Source of the DNA: Candidatus Firestoneibacteriota bacterium
GTDB taxonomy: Bacteria; Oederibacteriota; D2-FULL-39-29; JBDRBU01
Assembly: GCA_043822305.1 (NCBI GenBank)
Contig: JBDRBU010000014.1
Span: forward strand, 1 to 21,673
Length of the DNA: 21,673 bases
Reading direction: 5' to 3'
Program-made: the position numbers and the translations under genes
The notes under the pieces: model-generated
Database searches by the model: none
Told to the model about the DNA's origin: nothing
The model's input: the letters and a program-made list of their open reading frames with translations, nothing else
Shown here: in pieces, positions 6,540-15,963 of the stretch
How the letters are laid out: every line of letters begins with the position of its first letter
Position numbering within the stretch: position 1 is the stretch's first letter

Positions 6540-8534
6540 TTAACCAAACATCTTTATATCAAATTTCACGCCTTTTGAATTTAAATCATCCATAAAACTC
6601 GGCATAATCCCGGTAGGTTTAAGACCTCCTAAAATCTTACCGGAAGAATCTACTCCATCTTGCTTAAACAAAAATATATCCTGAGTTGTTATAACATCTC
6701 CTTCCATTCCAACAACCTCTGTCACATGAGTAATCTTACGAGAACCATCTTTGAATCTTGCTTGATGAACTATTAAATCCACTGCAGATGAGATTTGCTC
6801 TCTTATAGCCCGAAGCGGTAATTCCATCCCGGCCATTAAAATCATTGTTTCAATCCTTGATAAAGTATCTCTTGGTGAATTACTATGTAAAGTAGTTAAA
6901 CTCCCATCATGACCAGTGTTCATTGCCTGTAACATATCTAATGCTTCACCGCTTCTACATTCTCCTACTACTATTCTGTCAGGTCTCATTCTTAACGCAT
7001 TTTTTACTAAATCCCTTATGGTAATCGCACCTTTTCCTTCAATATTTGGCGGCCTTGATTCTAATGTAACCACATGTTCCTGCGGTAAATTTAATTCCGC
7101 AGAATCTTCTATGGTTACAATTCTTTCATCAGTTGGAATAAATGATGATATAACATTTAATAGTGTTGTTTTTCCCGAACCAGTTCCTCCACTTATAACA
7201 ATATTTTTCCTTATCTGTACACATACCTTTAAAAATTCTGCCACTTCTCTCGTGACTGCTCCAAATGTGATTAAATCTTCAATAATTAATCTATGCTTGG
7301 AAAATTTTCTAATGGTTAAACTCGGACCTTTTAAGGCCAACGGTGGTATTATTGCATTTACACGAGAGCCATCAAGTAATCTTGCATCCACCAGCGGTAC
7401 ACTTTCATCTATTCTTCTTCCTATCGGTGCTACTATTCTTTCTATAACGGCTAAGATCTGTTTATCTGATAAGAATTTTTTGTCGGTTAAATATATTTTC
7501 CCTTTCTTTTCTATATATACCATATCTTTGCTATTTACCATTATTTCGGTTATTTCAGAATCGTTAATTAAATCTTCTAAGGGACCCAAACCTAATGCTT
7601 CCTGCAAAACTTCTTTCATTAATCTATCTCTTTCTATTCTATCTTTTATTTCTTTAACTTCATTGGCAAATATCTTTTCTATTGTTTCCTTCACCATATT
7701 TTTTAATTCATCTGCTTTGCTTTTGTCTATAATACTATCTATATCTATGTTTTTAGTACTTAATTCTTCTACTAATCTTTTATGAACTCTTGTCTTGATT
7801 TCTAATTCTAACTTCTTTAAGTCCACTTTAGTATCTATCGCCTCTCCTACTTTTCCGGCTTCTTTACTTCCTGTTTCATACTTCTTAACATCTTCCGAAA
7901 TCTTCTTTATTGCTTTAGATACAAACCCCGATGAATCCAAAACACTTATCGGCTCCCCTTTGTTTATTGAAGAAACGACATCCAAACTATACGGTATTGT
8001 CCAATCTACTTTCTTTTTTAAATATGATTCAACAGTAGTTAGATCGACTCCAAACTCTTCATTATGTTTATTTAAAACGACTTTTATATCTTCTAGATTA
8101 TAATGCAAACCAGCAAATTCCTGTAATTTATCATTTGCTTGTCTTATACTTAATATGTCCGGATTTATAACCATTATAATTAAATCGCTAAGATCAAATA
8201 TCTGCGTGGACTCTTTTATTTTTTCTCCAACATCAATGATAGCATATTCAAAACTATTCTGAATCAAATTGAATAAAGAATTAAACTTATCCAAAGGAAT
8301 TGATAAAAATGATAAACCAGACTTATGAGAAGGAATTAAACTAATTAAAGCAGGGTTTTTTACAAGAGTATCAATAAATCCATCGTCAGCTAAGTTAAGC
8401 ATTATACTTGCATTATTTAAAGAGAAATCCAATAGGATGGTTTTACTATTCCTTGCTAACCATATTCCTAAATTAACAGATAAAAACGAACTACCTACTC
8501 CACCTTTGGATGAAACTATTGATATAATTTTCAT
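6540..8534 (-). CDS. cpaF: Fused CpaE/TadZ (MinD/ParA-like) and CpaF/TadA pilus assembly ATPase
   Basis: N-terminal SSKGGVGSS degenerate deviant Walker A. C-terminal GLGPLEDL, VDARL.DGSRVN, Walker A GGTGSGKTT, ALRMRPDRIVVGE and His box AMNTGHDGSLTTLH. Confidence 0.9.
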   Translation of the reverse strand: MKIISIVSSKGGVGSSFLSVNLGIWLARNSKTILLDFSLNNASIMLNLADDGFIDTLVKNPALISLIPSHKSGLSFLSIPLDKFNSLFNLIQNSFEYAIIDVGEKIKESTQIFDLSDLIIMVINPDILSIRQANDKLQEFAGLHYNLEDIKVVLNKHNEEFGVDLTTVESYLKKKVDWTIPYSLDVVSSINKGEPISVLDSSGFVSKAIKKISEDVKKYETGSKEAGKVGEAIDTKVDLKKLELEIKTRVHKRLVEELSTKNIDIDSIIDKSKADELKNMVKETIEKIFANEVKEIKDRIERDRLMKEVLQEALGLGPLEDLINDSEITEIMVNSKDMVYIEKKGKIYLTDKKFLSDKQILAVIERIVAPIGRRIDESVPLVDARLLDGSRVNAIIPPLALKGPSLTIRKFSKHRLIIEDLITFGAVTREVAEFLKVCVQIRKNIVISGGTGSGKTTLLNVISSFIPTDERIVTIEDSAELNLPQEHVVTLESRPPNIEGKGAITIRDLVKNALRMRPDRIVVGECRSGEALDMLQAMNTGHDGSLTTLHSNSPRDTLSRIETMILMAGMELPLRAIREQISSAVDLIVHQARFKDGSRKITHVTEVVGMEGDVITTQDIFLFKQDGVDSSGKILGGLKPTGIMPSFMDDLNSKGVKFDIKMFG

Positions 8535-8575
8535 AAAAAAGGGGTCAGGTCTATTTTCTTGGCATTTTTTATCAT
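8531..8575 (-). CDS. Putative 14-aa leader ORF MIKNAKKIDLTPFL, ATGA-overlapping the cpaE-cpaF start
   Basis: SD AGGAGGAGG (8580-8588) precedes the ATG at 8575. Its TGA (8531-8533) overlaps the ATG at 8534. No SD lies directly upstream of 8534. Confidence 0.55.
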   Translation of the reverse strand: MIKNAKKIDLTPFL

Positions 8576-8604
8576 TTAACCTCCTCCTGAAAAATAGTGT
8601 CTGC

Positions 8605-10722
8605 CTATTTAAGCATTATGCGGACATCGGCTACTTTACATCCTTCACCTTTTGGATAAACTATAAGAGGGTTCATATCTAATTCATAAATCTCTTCAAA
8701 ATCCATTATTAATTGAGAAAGCCTAAGCAAACACTCGGCTATGCTATTTATATCAGCCGGAGGGTTTCCTCTTACTCCCTCTAATATTTTGTAAGTTTTA
8801 ATAGATTTTATCATATTCATAGCACCTGCTTGTCTAAGTGGTACAAGTCTAAAACTAACATCTCTCATTACCTCTACAAATATTCCGCCTAAACCAAACA
8901 TAATCAAAGGACCAAAGACTTCATCTCTTTTTGCTCCAATTATAGTTTCCTCTCCTCCTTTGGCCATCTCCTGAATATTTACTCCCAAAATTTTTGCATC
9001 TGGCTTTAACTTTTTCACATTTCTCATTATATTTTCGTATGCTTCTTTTACTTCGGTATCTGACTTTAATTTTAAAACAACTCCTTTAACATCAAATTTA
9101 TGGATAATATCCGGTGAAACTATCTTCATCGCCACTGGATAACCTATCTCCTTAGCAAATTTAAGACACTCATCATTATTTTTCGCTAACATAGATTTCA
9201 AAGTAGGAAAACCATATGCATTTAAAACTTCCAAAGACTCTATCTCCGGCAAATAACTTCGACCTTCTTTCTTTACTTTTTCTAAAACTTTCTTTGCTGT
9301 TTCTTTATCAACTTTATATTCCTTTGTGGTTGTCCTTGGTCTTATAATCCATTTACCATATTTAACCATTGAGCCTAAAGTTCTGGCGGCATCTTCTGGA
9401 AACTTAAAATGAGGAACATGATTTTCTTCTAATAGATCAACACCTTTTAACACATCCACTATTCCCATAAAACAGGCCAGAACCGGTTTAGTGCTACCTT
9501 TTGCAATTTTAACCACAGTGTTTGCTATTTCCTCTATATCAGTCATAGACTGAGGGGTAAGTATCACAATAAGACTATCAACATTTTTATCATTTAATAC
9601 ATTATTTATAGCGATCTCATATCTATCATTCCTCGCATCCCCTATGACATCTATTGGATTGTTGAAGTTCGAGGTTTTGGGTAAATACCTTCTTAATTCA
9701 GTAACAGTTTTATCTTCTAATTTAGCCAATTGCAATCCATATCTTATGGCCGCATCAGTTGTCATTATACCGGGTCCACCAGCATTAGTCACAATAGCAA
9801 CTTTATTCCCTTTTGGTAGTGGAGCATTTGCAAATCCAACAGCACAATCAAAAAGATCTTCTATTCCCTCAACTCTTAAAACTCCACTTTGGGCAAATAA
9901 TGCATCATATATTTCATCTGAACCGGCTAAAGCACCGGTATGAGAAGAGGCTGCTTTTGCGCCTTCAGAAGTTCTACCCGACTTTAAGGCAATGATTGGC
10001 TTTGGCACTTTGCCTTCTCCGGTGATTTCTCTGGCAACCTTAATAAAATCTCCCGGATTAGATAAATCCTCAACATACATCAATATAACTTTAGTTAGAG
10101 GGTCGTCTTTTAAATATAGCAATAAATCTAATTCTTTTAGTCCAGCCTTATTTCCCATACTTATAAATTTTGAAAATCCAATATTTTCTCCTTTGGCATA
10201 ATCTAAAACAGCAGTGCACAAAGCACCACTTTGAGAGATAAAGGCAATATTGCCTGGTTTTGGCATAAATCTACCAAAAGTTGCATTCATAGAAATAGAT
10301 ATATCAGTATTAATAATACCCAGACAATTTGGACCTACTAAAACAATTTTGTATTTGTTTGCAATCTCTACAACCTTTTTCTCCAATTCTGCTCCTTCTT
10401 TACCTATTTCTTTAAAACCTGCTGTAATTATTATTACTCCTTTCACACCAAATTTTCCACATTCCTCTAAGACAGTTGCAGCAATTTCTGCTGGAACTAT
10501 AACTACGGCTAAATCAACCGGGTCTGGAACATTAGAAATACTTGGATAACATTTAACACCTAAGATACTTGTTCTTTTGGGATTAACAGGAAACAATATC
10601 CCAGTAAATCCTCCCAGAAGAATATTAGAAAATACAACCCTGCCCACAGAACCTTCTTTACTTGAAGCACCTATAACCACTATGGATTTAGGTGAAAACA
10701 CACTATTTATATTGTTTGTCAT
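8605..10722 (-). CDS. ADP-forming acetate/acyl-CoA ligase, fused alpha-beta (Acd family)
   Basis: CoA-binding PKSIVVIGAS, GPNCLG, FISQSGA, phospho-His motif ASSHTGALAG and C-terminal ATP-grasp (GYPVAMKIVSPDIIHK, MFGLGGIFVE, ELDMNP). No GNAT domain. SD AAGGAG upstream. Confidence 0.93.
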   Translation of the reverse strand: MTNNINSVFSPKSIVVIGASSKEGSVGRVVFSNILLGGFTGILFPVNPKRTSILGVKCYPSISNVPDPVDLAVVIVPAEIAATVLEECGKFGVKGVIIITAGFKEIGKEGAELEKKVVEIANKYKIVLVGPNCLGIINTDISISMNATFGRFMPKPGNIAFISQSGALCTAVLDYAKGENIGFSKFISMGNKAGLKELDLLLYLKDDPLTKVILMYVEDLSNPGDFIKVAREITGEGKVPKPIIALKSGRTSEGAKAASSHTGALAGSDEIYDALFAQSGVLRVEGIEDLFDCAVGFANAPLPKGNKVAIVTNAGGPGIMTTDAAIRYGLQLAKLEDKTVTELRRYLPKTSNFNNPIDVIGDARNDRYEIAINNVLNDKNVDSLIVILTPQSMTDIEEIANTVVKIAKGSTKPVLACFMGIVDVLKGVDLLEENHVPHFKFPEDAARTLGSMVKYGKWIIRPRTTTKEYKVDKETAKKVLEKVKKEGRSYLPEIESLEVLNAYGFPTLKSMLAKNNDECLKFAKEIGYPVAMKIVSPDIIHKFDVKGVVLKLKSDTEVKEAYENIMRNVKKLKPDAKILGVNIQEMAKGGEETIIGAKRDEVFGPLIMFGLGGIFVEVMRDVSFRLVPLRQAGAMNMIKSIKTYKILEGVRGNPPADINSIAECLLRLSQLIMDFEEIYELDMNPLIVYPKGEGCKVADVRIMLK

Positions 10723-10746
10723 TTTTTCTCCTTTAATTTCCTCTTA

Positions 10747-10781
10747 AATTCCCCCTTAATAAAGGGGGTTAGGGGGTTGTT
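10747..10781. repeat. Single C5/G5 REP-like copy overlapping the FDH stop codon
   Basis: aattcccccttaataaagggggttagggggttgtt is identical to 19-53 and 1029-1063. Confidence 0.9.
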
Positions 10782-13483
10782 AATTTATCTTTTTCTACTT
10801 TAACTGCTGTCACTTTATACTCTGGAATTTTTGAATAAGGGTCCAAGGCTTCATCATTTGTCAACATATTTGCCATTGCATCTTTATAATGAAATGTTAT
10901 AAATACTTCTCCTTTTGGCACTTTATCCGTTACAACTGCTTTGACTATTAGACTACCTCTCCTTGAAGAAACTTTGAGCATATCTTCGCTCTTACACTTT
11001 ATTAATTTTGCATCAGATGGATTAATCTCAAGCAATGGCTCCGGTGCTTTCCAATTTAACCCCTCAACTTTTCCGGTCATTGTTCTCGTATGATATTGAA
11101 ACAAGATTCTTCCTGTTATTAAAATGTACGGATATTTTTTATCCTGTTTCTCCGATGGAGGAATATATTTTGTCCATATTAATTTACCTTGTCCTATTGA
11201 AAACTTATCTTTATGTAAAAATTTAGTGCCCGGATGGTTTATTTCTGGAACCGGCCATTGTAATCCTTTCTCATCTAATCTATCATAATTTACACCAGCA
11301 TAACTTGGAACAAGTTTAGAAATCTCATCCATTATTTCTGAGGGATGATTATATTTCATTAAATATCCCATCTTGGCAGAAATTTCATTTATGATTTGCC
11401 AATCTGGTTTACTTTCTCCAATAGAGTTTAGGGCTTTATGTAATCTTTGAATTCTTCTTTCTGTATTTGTAAATGTTCCATCTTTTTCAGCAAAAGAAGA
11501 TGCGGGTAAAACTACATCAGCCAGTTCTGCTGTCTCAGTTAAAAATATATCCTGAACAATTAAAATCTCTAAATGTTTTAGTTCTTCCATTAATTTATTA
11601 TGATTTGGGTCACTTAAAACCGGATTTTCACCCATGATATACATAGCCTTAATCTTTCCTGTCTTAATAGATTGTATCATCTCGACAACAGTTAATCCTG
11701 GTTTTTCCGGTAGGGTATCAACATTCCACGCCTTGGCGAATTTCTCACGAATTTCAGATTTTACCACAGATTGATATCCAGGAAATACATCAGGTAAAAC
11801 ACCCATATCGCAGGAGCCTTGAACATTACACTGACCTCTAAGTGGTGCCACACCTGCGTTTTCTTTTCCAATATGTCCAGTAATTAGTGCTAAATTTGAA
11901 ATTGCTACGGCATTGTCTGTCCCGGTAATATGCTGGGTTATGCCCATACCCCAAAATATTATAGATGCAGAAGATTTTGCATATAACCTTGCTGTTTGTA
12001 CAATCTTCTCTTTAGAAACACCCGTAATGGTAGAAACTTCATCTAATGAAATATTTCTTATTTCTTTCTCAAACTCCTCATATCCAGATACTCTATTTTT
12101 AATGAATTCTTTATTAACTAAATTTTCTTCAATAATAACCTTGGCTAGACCATTTAAAAGCATAACATCTGTTCCGCTTTTCTGCCTTAACCATACTGTT
12201 GCATATTTAGTTAATTCTATCTTCCTTGGGTCAGCCACAATCAATTTAGCCCCATGACTCAATACTGCTTTTTTAATATATAAGGCCGTGATTGGATGAG
12301 TCTCAGTAGTATTATTTCCGATAACAAATAAACAATCTGCTTTCGGAATATCTGTTATAGACATACTCATGGCCGCAGAACCTACAGTTTTACCTAAGGC
12401 CGAAACACTTGGAGCGTGACAGAGTCTGGCACAATGGTCAATATTATTTGTGCCTAAAACCGCTCTGGCAAATTTCTGCATTAAATAATTTTCTTCATTA
12501 GTGCACTTAGCCGAAGAAAGAATTGCAAAAGAATCCGAGCCATATTTGGTTTTTATCTTATTAAATTTTTTAGCAACTAATTCTATGGCTTCTTCCCAGG
12601 ATACTTCTTTAAATTTCCCATTAACCTTTATTAAGGGTTTTTTTAACCTGTCGGGATGATCAATAAACTTATATCCAAACTTTCCCTTGACACAAAGCCA
12701 GCCACAGTTTACGACTTCACTCTCTCTTCCCTCTACCCACAAAATTTTATTATCCTTAACCACAAGATTTATTTGACATCCAACACCACAATACGGACAA
12801 ATAGAAGGAATTCTTTTTATATCCCACTCTCTTCCTTGGCCAACTCTATCCTTTTCAATTAACGCCCCCACTGGACAGGTAGATACACAATTCCCACAAA
12901 AGACACAATTAGTCTTATCAAAAGTTTTCTCATATTCACTTCCTGGTTTGCAATCAAATCCTCTGTTCACAAAATCAGTCACATGACAATATTGAATTTC
13001 TTTACATACAGCCACACACCTTCCACATAAAATACATTTATTATAATCAGAAGTTATGAATGGATTCTTATCATCTACAGGAAAATTATATTTTTCCCCT
13101 TTAAATCTTGTATCAGATACACCAGACTCATATGCATATTTTTGCAGTAAACATTTACCACATTCTTCACAGGTCATGCAATCCAATGGATGATTTGAAA
13201 TTAGAAGTTCAAGAATTACTCTTCTGGCTTTAATCACCCGAGGAGAATCTGTTTTTACTTTCATTCCATCTGAGACCGGATAAGCACAGGATGCAACTAA
13301 ATTTTTTGCTCCTTCCACTTCAACAACACATAATCTACATGCTGACTGAACTGGAAGTAATGGATGATAACAAAGCCGTGGTATACGAATACCATTCTCA
13401 TCAGCAACTTCCATAATTGTTCTACTCGCTACCGCGTTTGTTTCTATATCTATATCATTTATATTTATTTTTATTTTATGCAT
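10769..13483 (-). CDS. Formate dehydrogenase alpha subunit (Mo/W-bisPGD, Cys-ligated) with NuoG/HydA-like N-terminal Fe-S domains
   Basis: [2Fe-2S] motif IPRLC...CRLCVVE...SC, HPLDCMTC, two ferredoxin motifs (CILCGRC, CVFCGNC...CP), CPYCGVGC...LCVKG, active site NNIDHCARLCH, catalytic Arg in PLRGQCNVQG, EKDGTFTNTERR and KIPEYK. Confidence 0.93.
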   Translation of the reverse strand: MHKIKININDIDIETNAVASRTIMEVADENGIRIPRLCYHPLLPVQSACRLCVVEVEGAKNLVASCAYPVSDGMKVKTDSPRVIKARRVILELLISNHPLDCMTCEECGKCLLQKYAYESGVSDTRFKGEKYNFPVDDKNPFITSDYNKCILCGRCVAVCKEIQYCHVTDFVNRGFDCKPGSEYEKTFDKTNCVFCGNCVSTCPVGALIEKDRVGQGREWDIKRIPSICPYCGVGCQINLVVKDNKILWVEGRESEVVNCGWLCVKGKFGYKFIDHPDRLKKPLIKVNGKFKEVSWEEAIELVAKKFNKIKTKYGSDSFAILSSAKCTNEENYLMQKFARAVLGTNNIDHCARLCHAPSVSALGKTVGSAAMSMSITDIPKADCLFVIGNNTTETHPITALYIKKAVLSHGAKLIVADPRKIELTKYATVWLRQKSGTDVMLLNGLAKVIIEENLVNKEFIKNRVSGYEEFEKEIRNISLDEVSTITGVSKEKIVQTARLYAKSSASIIFWGMGITQHITGTDNAVAISNLALITGHIGKENAGVAPLRGQCNVQGSCDMGVLPDVFPGYQSVVKSEIREKFAKAWNVDTLPEKPGLTVVEMIQSIKTGKIKAMYIMGENPVLSDPNHNKLMEELKHLEILIVQDIFLTETAELADVVLPASSFAEKDGTFTNTERRIQRLHKALNSIGESKPDWQIINEISAKMGYLMKYNHPSEIMDEISKLVPSYAGVNYDRLDEKGLQWPVPEINHPGTKFLHKDKFSIGQGKLIWTKYIPPSEKQDKKYPYILITGRILFQYHTRTMTGKVEGLNWKAPEPLLEINPSDAKLIKCKSEDMLKVSSRRGSLIVKAVVTDKVPKGEVFITFHYKDAMANMLTNDEALDPYSKIPEYKVTAVKVEKDKLTTP

Positions 13484-13568
13484 TCTTTTTTTAATTTTGT
13501 ATTTTATTCTCTTTTTATTATTTTTTTTCTTTATTCTTTCCTTTTATATTTAACATTAGTTATTTTCA

Positions 13569-15416
13569 TCATTTCACCTCAATTGCATTAAAATTACATG
13601 CACTTTCACAAATTCCGCATTTTATACATTTACTTTGATTGATTATGTGTGGTTTTTTTCGCTCACCACTTATTGCATTTTGAGGACAGTTCTTTGCACA
13701 AACCATACACCCAGTACATTTGTTTTCAATAATAAAATAATTAATCAAAACAGTACATACTTTTGCAGGACACTTTTTATAATCTATATGAGATATGTAC
13801 TCATCCTTAAAATAACTTAAAGTTGATAAAACTGGATTGGCTGATGTTTGCCCTAATCCACATAAAGAAGTATCCTTAACTGATTCTGCTAACTCTTTAA
13901 GAAGGTCAATATCTTCTCTTGTGCCAACCCCTTTTGTAATTTTATCTAAAATTTCATACATCCTTTGGGTGCCAATTCTACAGGGAACACATTTTCCACA
14001 AGACTCATCCCTTAAAAAGTTTAAGAAAAATTTTGCTAAATCTACCATACAGGTATCTTCATCTGTTATAATCATTCCACCCGAACCCATAATGGCGCCT
14101 TTTGAAGAAAGTGATTCATAATCCACAGGTAAATCTAAATATTTCTCCGGGATACAACCACCAGAAGGGCCCCCTGTCTGAACCGCTTTAAACTTTCTAT
14201 CCCTGGGTATGCCACCTCCTATATCAAATATAATTTTGCGAAGGGTGATACCCATTTGAACTTCAACTAACCCTGTATTATTAATCTTGCCAGCCAGAGA
14301 AAAGACTTTTGTGCCTTTACTTGTTGCCGTCCCCAGAGAAGAATACCATTCTGAACCCTTTAAGATTATTGGAGCAATATTTGCATATGTTTCTACATTA
14401 TTAATATTTGTTGGCTTACCGAACAAACCTTTTTCAGCAGGAAATGGTGGTCTTACCCTTGGAATGCCTCTTTTACCTTCGAGAGATGCAATTAAAGCCG
14501 TCTCTTCTCCACATACAAACGCTCCGGCTCCTTCTTTAATGTATAATTTAAAACTAAACCCCGTGCCTAATATATTATCTCCAAGTAATCCAGTTTCTTT
14601 CATTTTATTAATCGCTATCTTTAAATTATAAACTGCGATCGGATATTCTGCTCTAACATAAATATAACCTTCATTAGCACCCAGAGCATATGCAGCTATT
14701 AACATTCCTTCTAATACCGAATGCGGGTCCCCTTCAAGTACAGCCCTATCCATAAATGCACCCGGGTCACCTTCATCGCCATTACATATAATATACTTTG
14801 GAGTCACTTTTGCATTCCTGACAAACTCCCATTTTTTACCGGTAGGAAATCCTGCTCCACCCCTGCCTCTAAGTCCGGATTTTTTTATTTCTTCTATAAC
14901 CTCTTCTGGCTTCATCAAAGTTAAAACTTTTATTAAACTTAAGTATCCCTCTCTAATCAAATAATTGTCAATATTTGTTGGGTCAACATATCCACAATTT
15001 CTTAATACTATTTTCAACTGCTCTTTGTAAAATGGCACATCTTTTGCGTAAGGATATTTTTCGCCTGTTTTTAAATCTGCATAAACTAATCTGGTTAAAA
15101 TTTCGCCTTTTAATATTGTTTTAGATATGATCTCAGGAACATCTTTTGGACTAACCTGCTGGTAAAAAATACCATCTGGGTCTATGGCCAAAACAGGTGC
15201 CTTGGCACATAAACCGTGACAGCCTGTTTGTCTTATTTCTATCTTTTTCTCTAACTTTCTTTCTTTAACTTCTTTTAAGAAAGCATCAAGTACTTCTATC
15301 GCTCCAAAAGCACGACATCCCGTTGTACAAATTCTGACAACTGTCCTTTTAGTGTCAAGATTTTCTTTTAACTTTCCTGCATATTTTTTTAAGTCTTCTA
15401 TTGAATTAAATCTCAT
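13569..15416 (-). CDS. HydB/NuoF-like NADH/FMN-binding subunit with N-terminal [2Fe-2S] and C-terminal 2x[4Fe-4S]
   Basis: SGLRGRGGAGFPTG, CNGDEGDPGAFMDR, GAGAFVCGEETAL, GGPSGG, ESCGKCVPCRIG, SLCGLG, HIDYKKCPAKVC, CTGCMVC...CP and CIKCGIC...C. Confidence 0.95.
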   Translation of the reverse strand: MRFNSIEDLKKYAGKLKENLDTKRTVVRICTTGCRAFGAIEVLDAFLKEVKERKLEKKIEIRQTGCHGLCAKAPVLAIDPDGIFYQQVSPKDVPEIISKTILKGEILTRLVYADLKTGEKYPYAKDVPFYKEQLKIVLRNCGYVDPTNIDNYLIREGYLSLIKVLTLMKPEEVIEEIKKSGLRGRGGAGFPTGKKWEFVRNAKVTPKYIICNGDEGDPGAFMDRAVLEGDPHSVLEGMLIAAYALGANEGYIYVRAEYPIAVYNLKIAINKMKETGLLGDNILGTGFSFKLYIKEGAGAFVCGEETALIASLEGKRGIPRVRPPFPAEKGLFGKPTNINNVETYANIAPIILKGSEWYSSLGTATSKGTKVFSLAGKINNTGLVEVQMGITLRKIIFDIGGGIPRDRKFKAVQTGGPSGGCIPEKYLDLPVDYESLSSKGAIMGSGGMIITDEDTCMVDLAKFFLNFLRDESCGKCVPCRIGTQRMYEILDKITKGVGTREDIDLLKELAESVKDTSLCGLGQTSANPVLSTLSYFKDEYISHIDYKKCPAKVCTVLINYFIIENKCTGCMVCAKNCPQNAISGERKKPHIINQSKCIKCGICESACNFNAIEVK

Positions 15417-15424
15417 GTTTAATT

Positions 15425-15877
15425 TTAATATGACTTCAAAATACTTCTTATCTTATTTGGAGCTAACTTACCATAATATTGATTATTTATCATCATAACT
15501 GGTGCTAAAAAACAAGTTCCCAGACAATAAACAACTTCCAGAGAAAATTTTAGGTCCTTTGTCGTCTCCCCTGGTTTAATCTTTAACTCGTTTTGTATAG
15601 TCTCTAATATAACTGGAGACCCTTTTACATGGCATGCGGTTCCCTGACAGGTTTTAATAGTATATTTACCATGAGGTTTTAAATAAAACTGTGCGTAAAA
15701 TGTAACAACTCCATAAATCTGGCTCAAAGAAACATTCAAATGCTCGCTAATTTTTTCTAAGGTAAAATCAGGCAAGTAGCCAAATAATTCCTGTGTTTCT
15801 TGTAACAAAGAAATTAGAAGACTCTTCTCACCCTGAGGATATTTATTCAATAAAGTTACAAATTTTTTATTTTTCAT
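15425..15877 (-). CDS. HydC/NuoE-like [2Fe-2S] subunit
   Basis: IYGVVTFYAQF, CQGTACHVKG and VYCLGTCFLAPV. Ends 8 bp upstream of the HydB-like gene. Confidence 0.95.
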   Translation of the reverse strand: MKNKKFVTLLNKYPQGEKSLLISLLQETQELFGYLPDFTLEKISEHLNVSLSQIYGVVTFYAQFYLKPHGKYTIKTCQGTACHVKGSPVILETIQNELKIKPGETTKDLKFSLEVVYCLGTCFLAPVMMINNQYYGKLAPNKIRSILKSY

Positions 15878-15901
15878 AAATAGGGTCAGTCCTTACCAGT
15901 G

Positions 15902-15925
15902 GTAGTCGCAGGCTTTAGCCTGCGA
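15902..15925 (+). repeat. GTAG-type REP palindrome (possible terminator or mRNA stabiliser after paaI)
   Basis: GTAG tetranucleotide followed by a perfect 8-bp stem tcgcaggc-ttta-gcctgcga. Confidence 0.7.
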
Positions 15926-15963
15926 TATTTATATTTTTTTTCTCTTCTAATATTTTCAAATAC

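Noticed and set aside
6346..6540. PyrR attenuator or riboswitch upstream of DUF1846-carB
   Set aside because: No recognisable consensus. The hairpin present is explained by the MITE cargo.
8605..10722. Protein lysine acetyltransferase (Pat/YfiQ)
   Set aside because: No GNAT domain, and the catalytic His (SHTG) is retained.
12419..12421. Selenocysteine in formate dehydrogenase
   Set aside because: The active-site codon is TGT (Cys) and the ORF is uninterrupted.
13484..13568. A-rich 85-bp gap between hydB and fdhA as a hidden gene or N-terminal extension
   Set aside because: An in-frame stop at about 13544-13546 blocks an extension, and only a 13-codon frame (MMKITNVKYKRKE) follows the hydB stop. 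It is low complexity with no structure.
10769..15877. Respiratory complex I (nuoEFG) or [FeFe]-hydrogenase
   Set aside because: No membrane nuo subunits are adjacent. The large subunit has molybdopterin FDH motifs and no H-cluster motifs.
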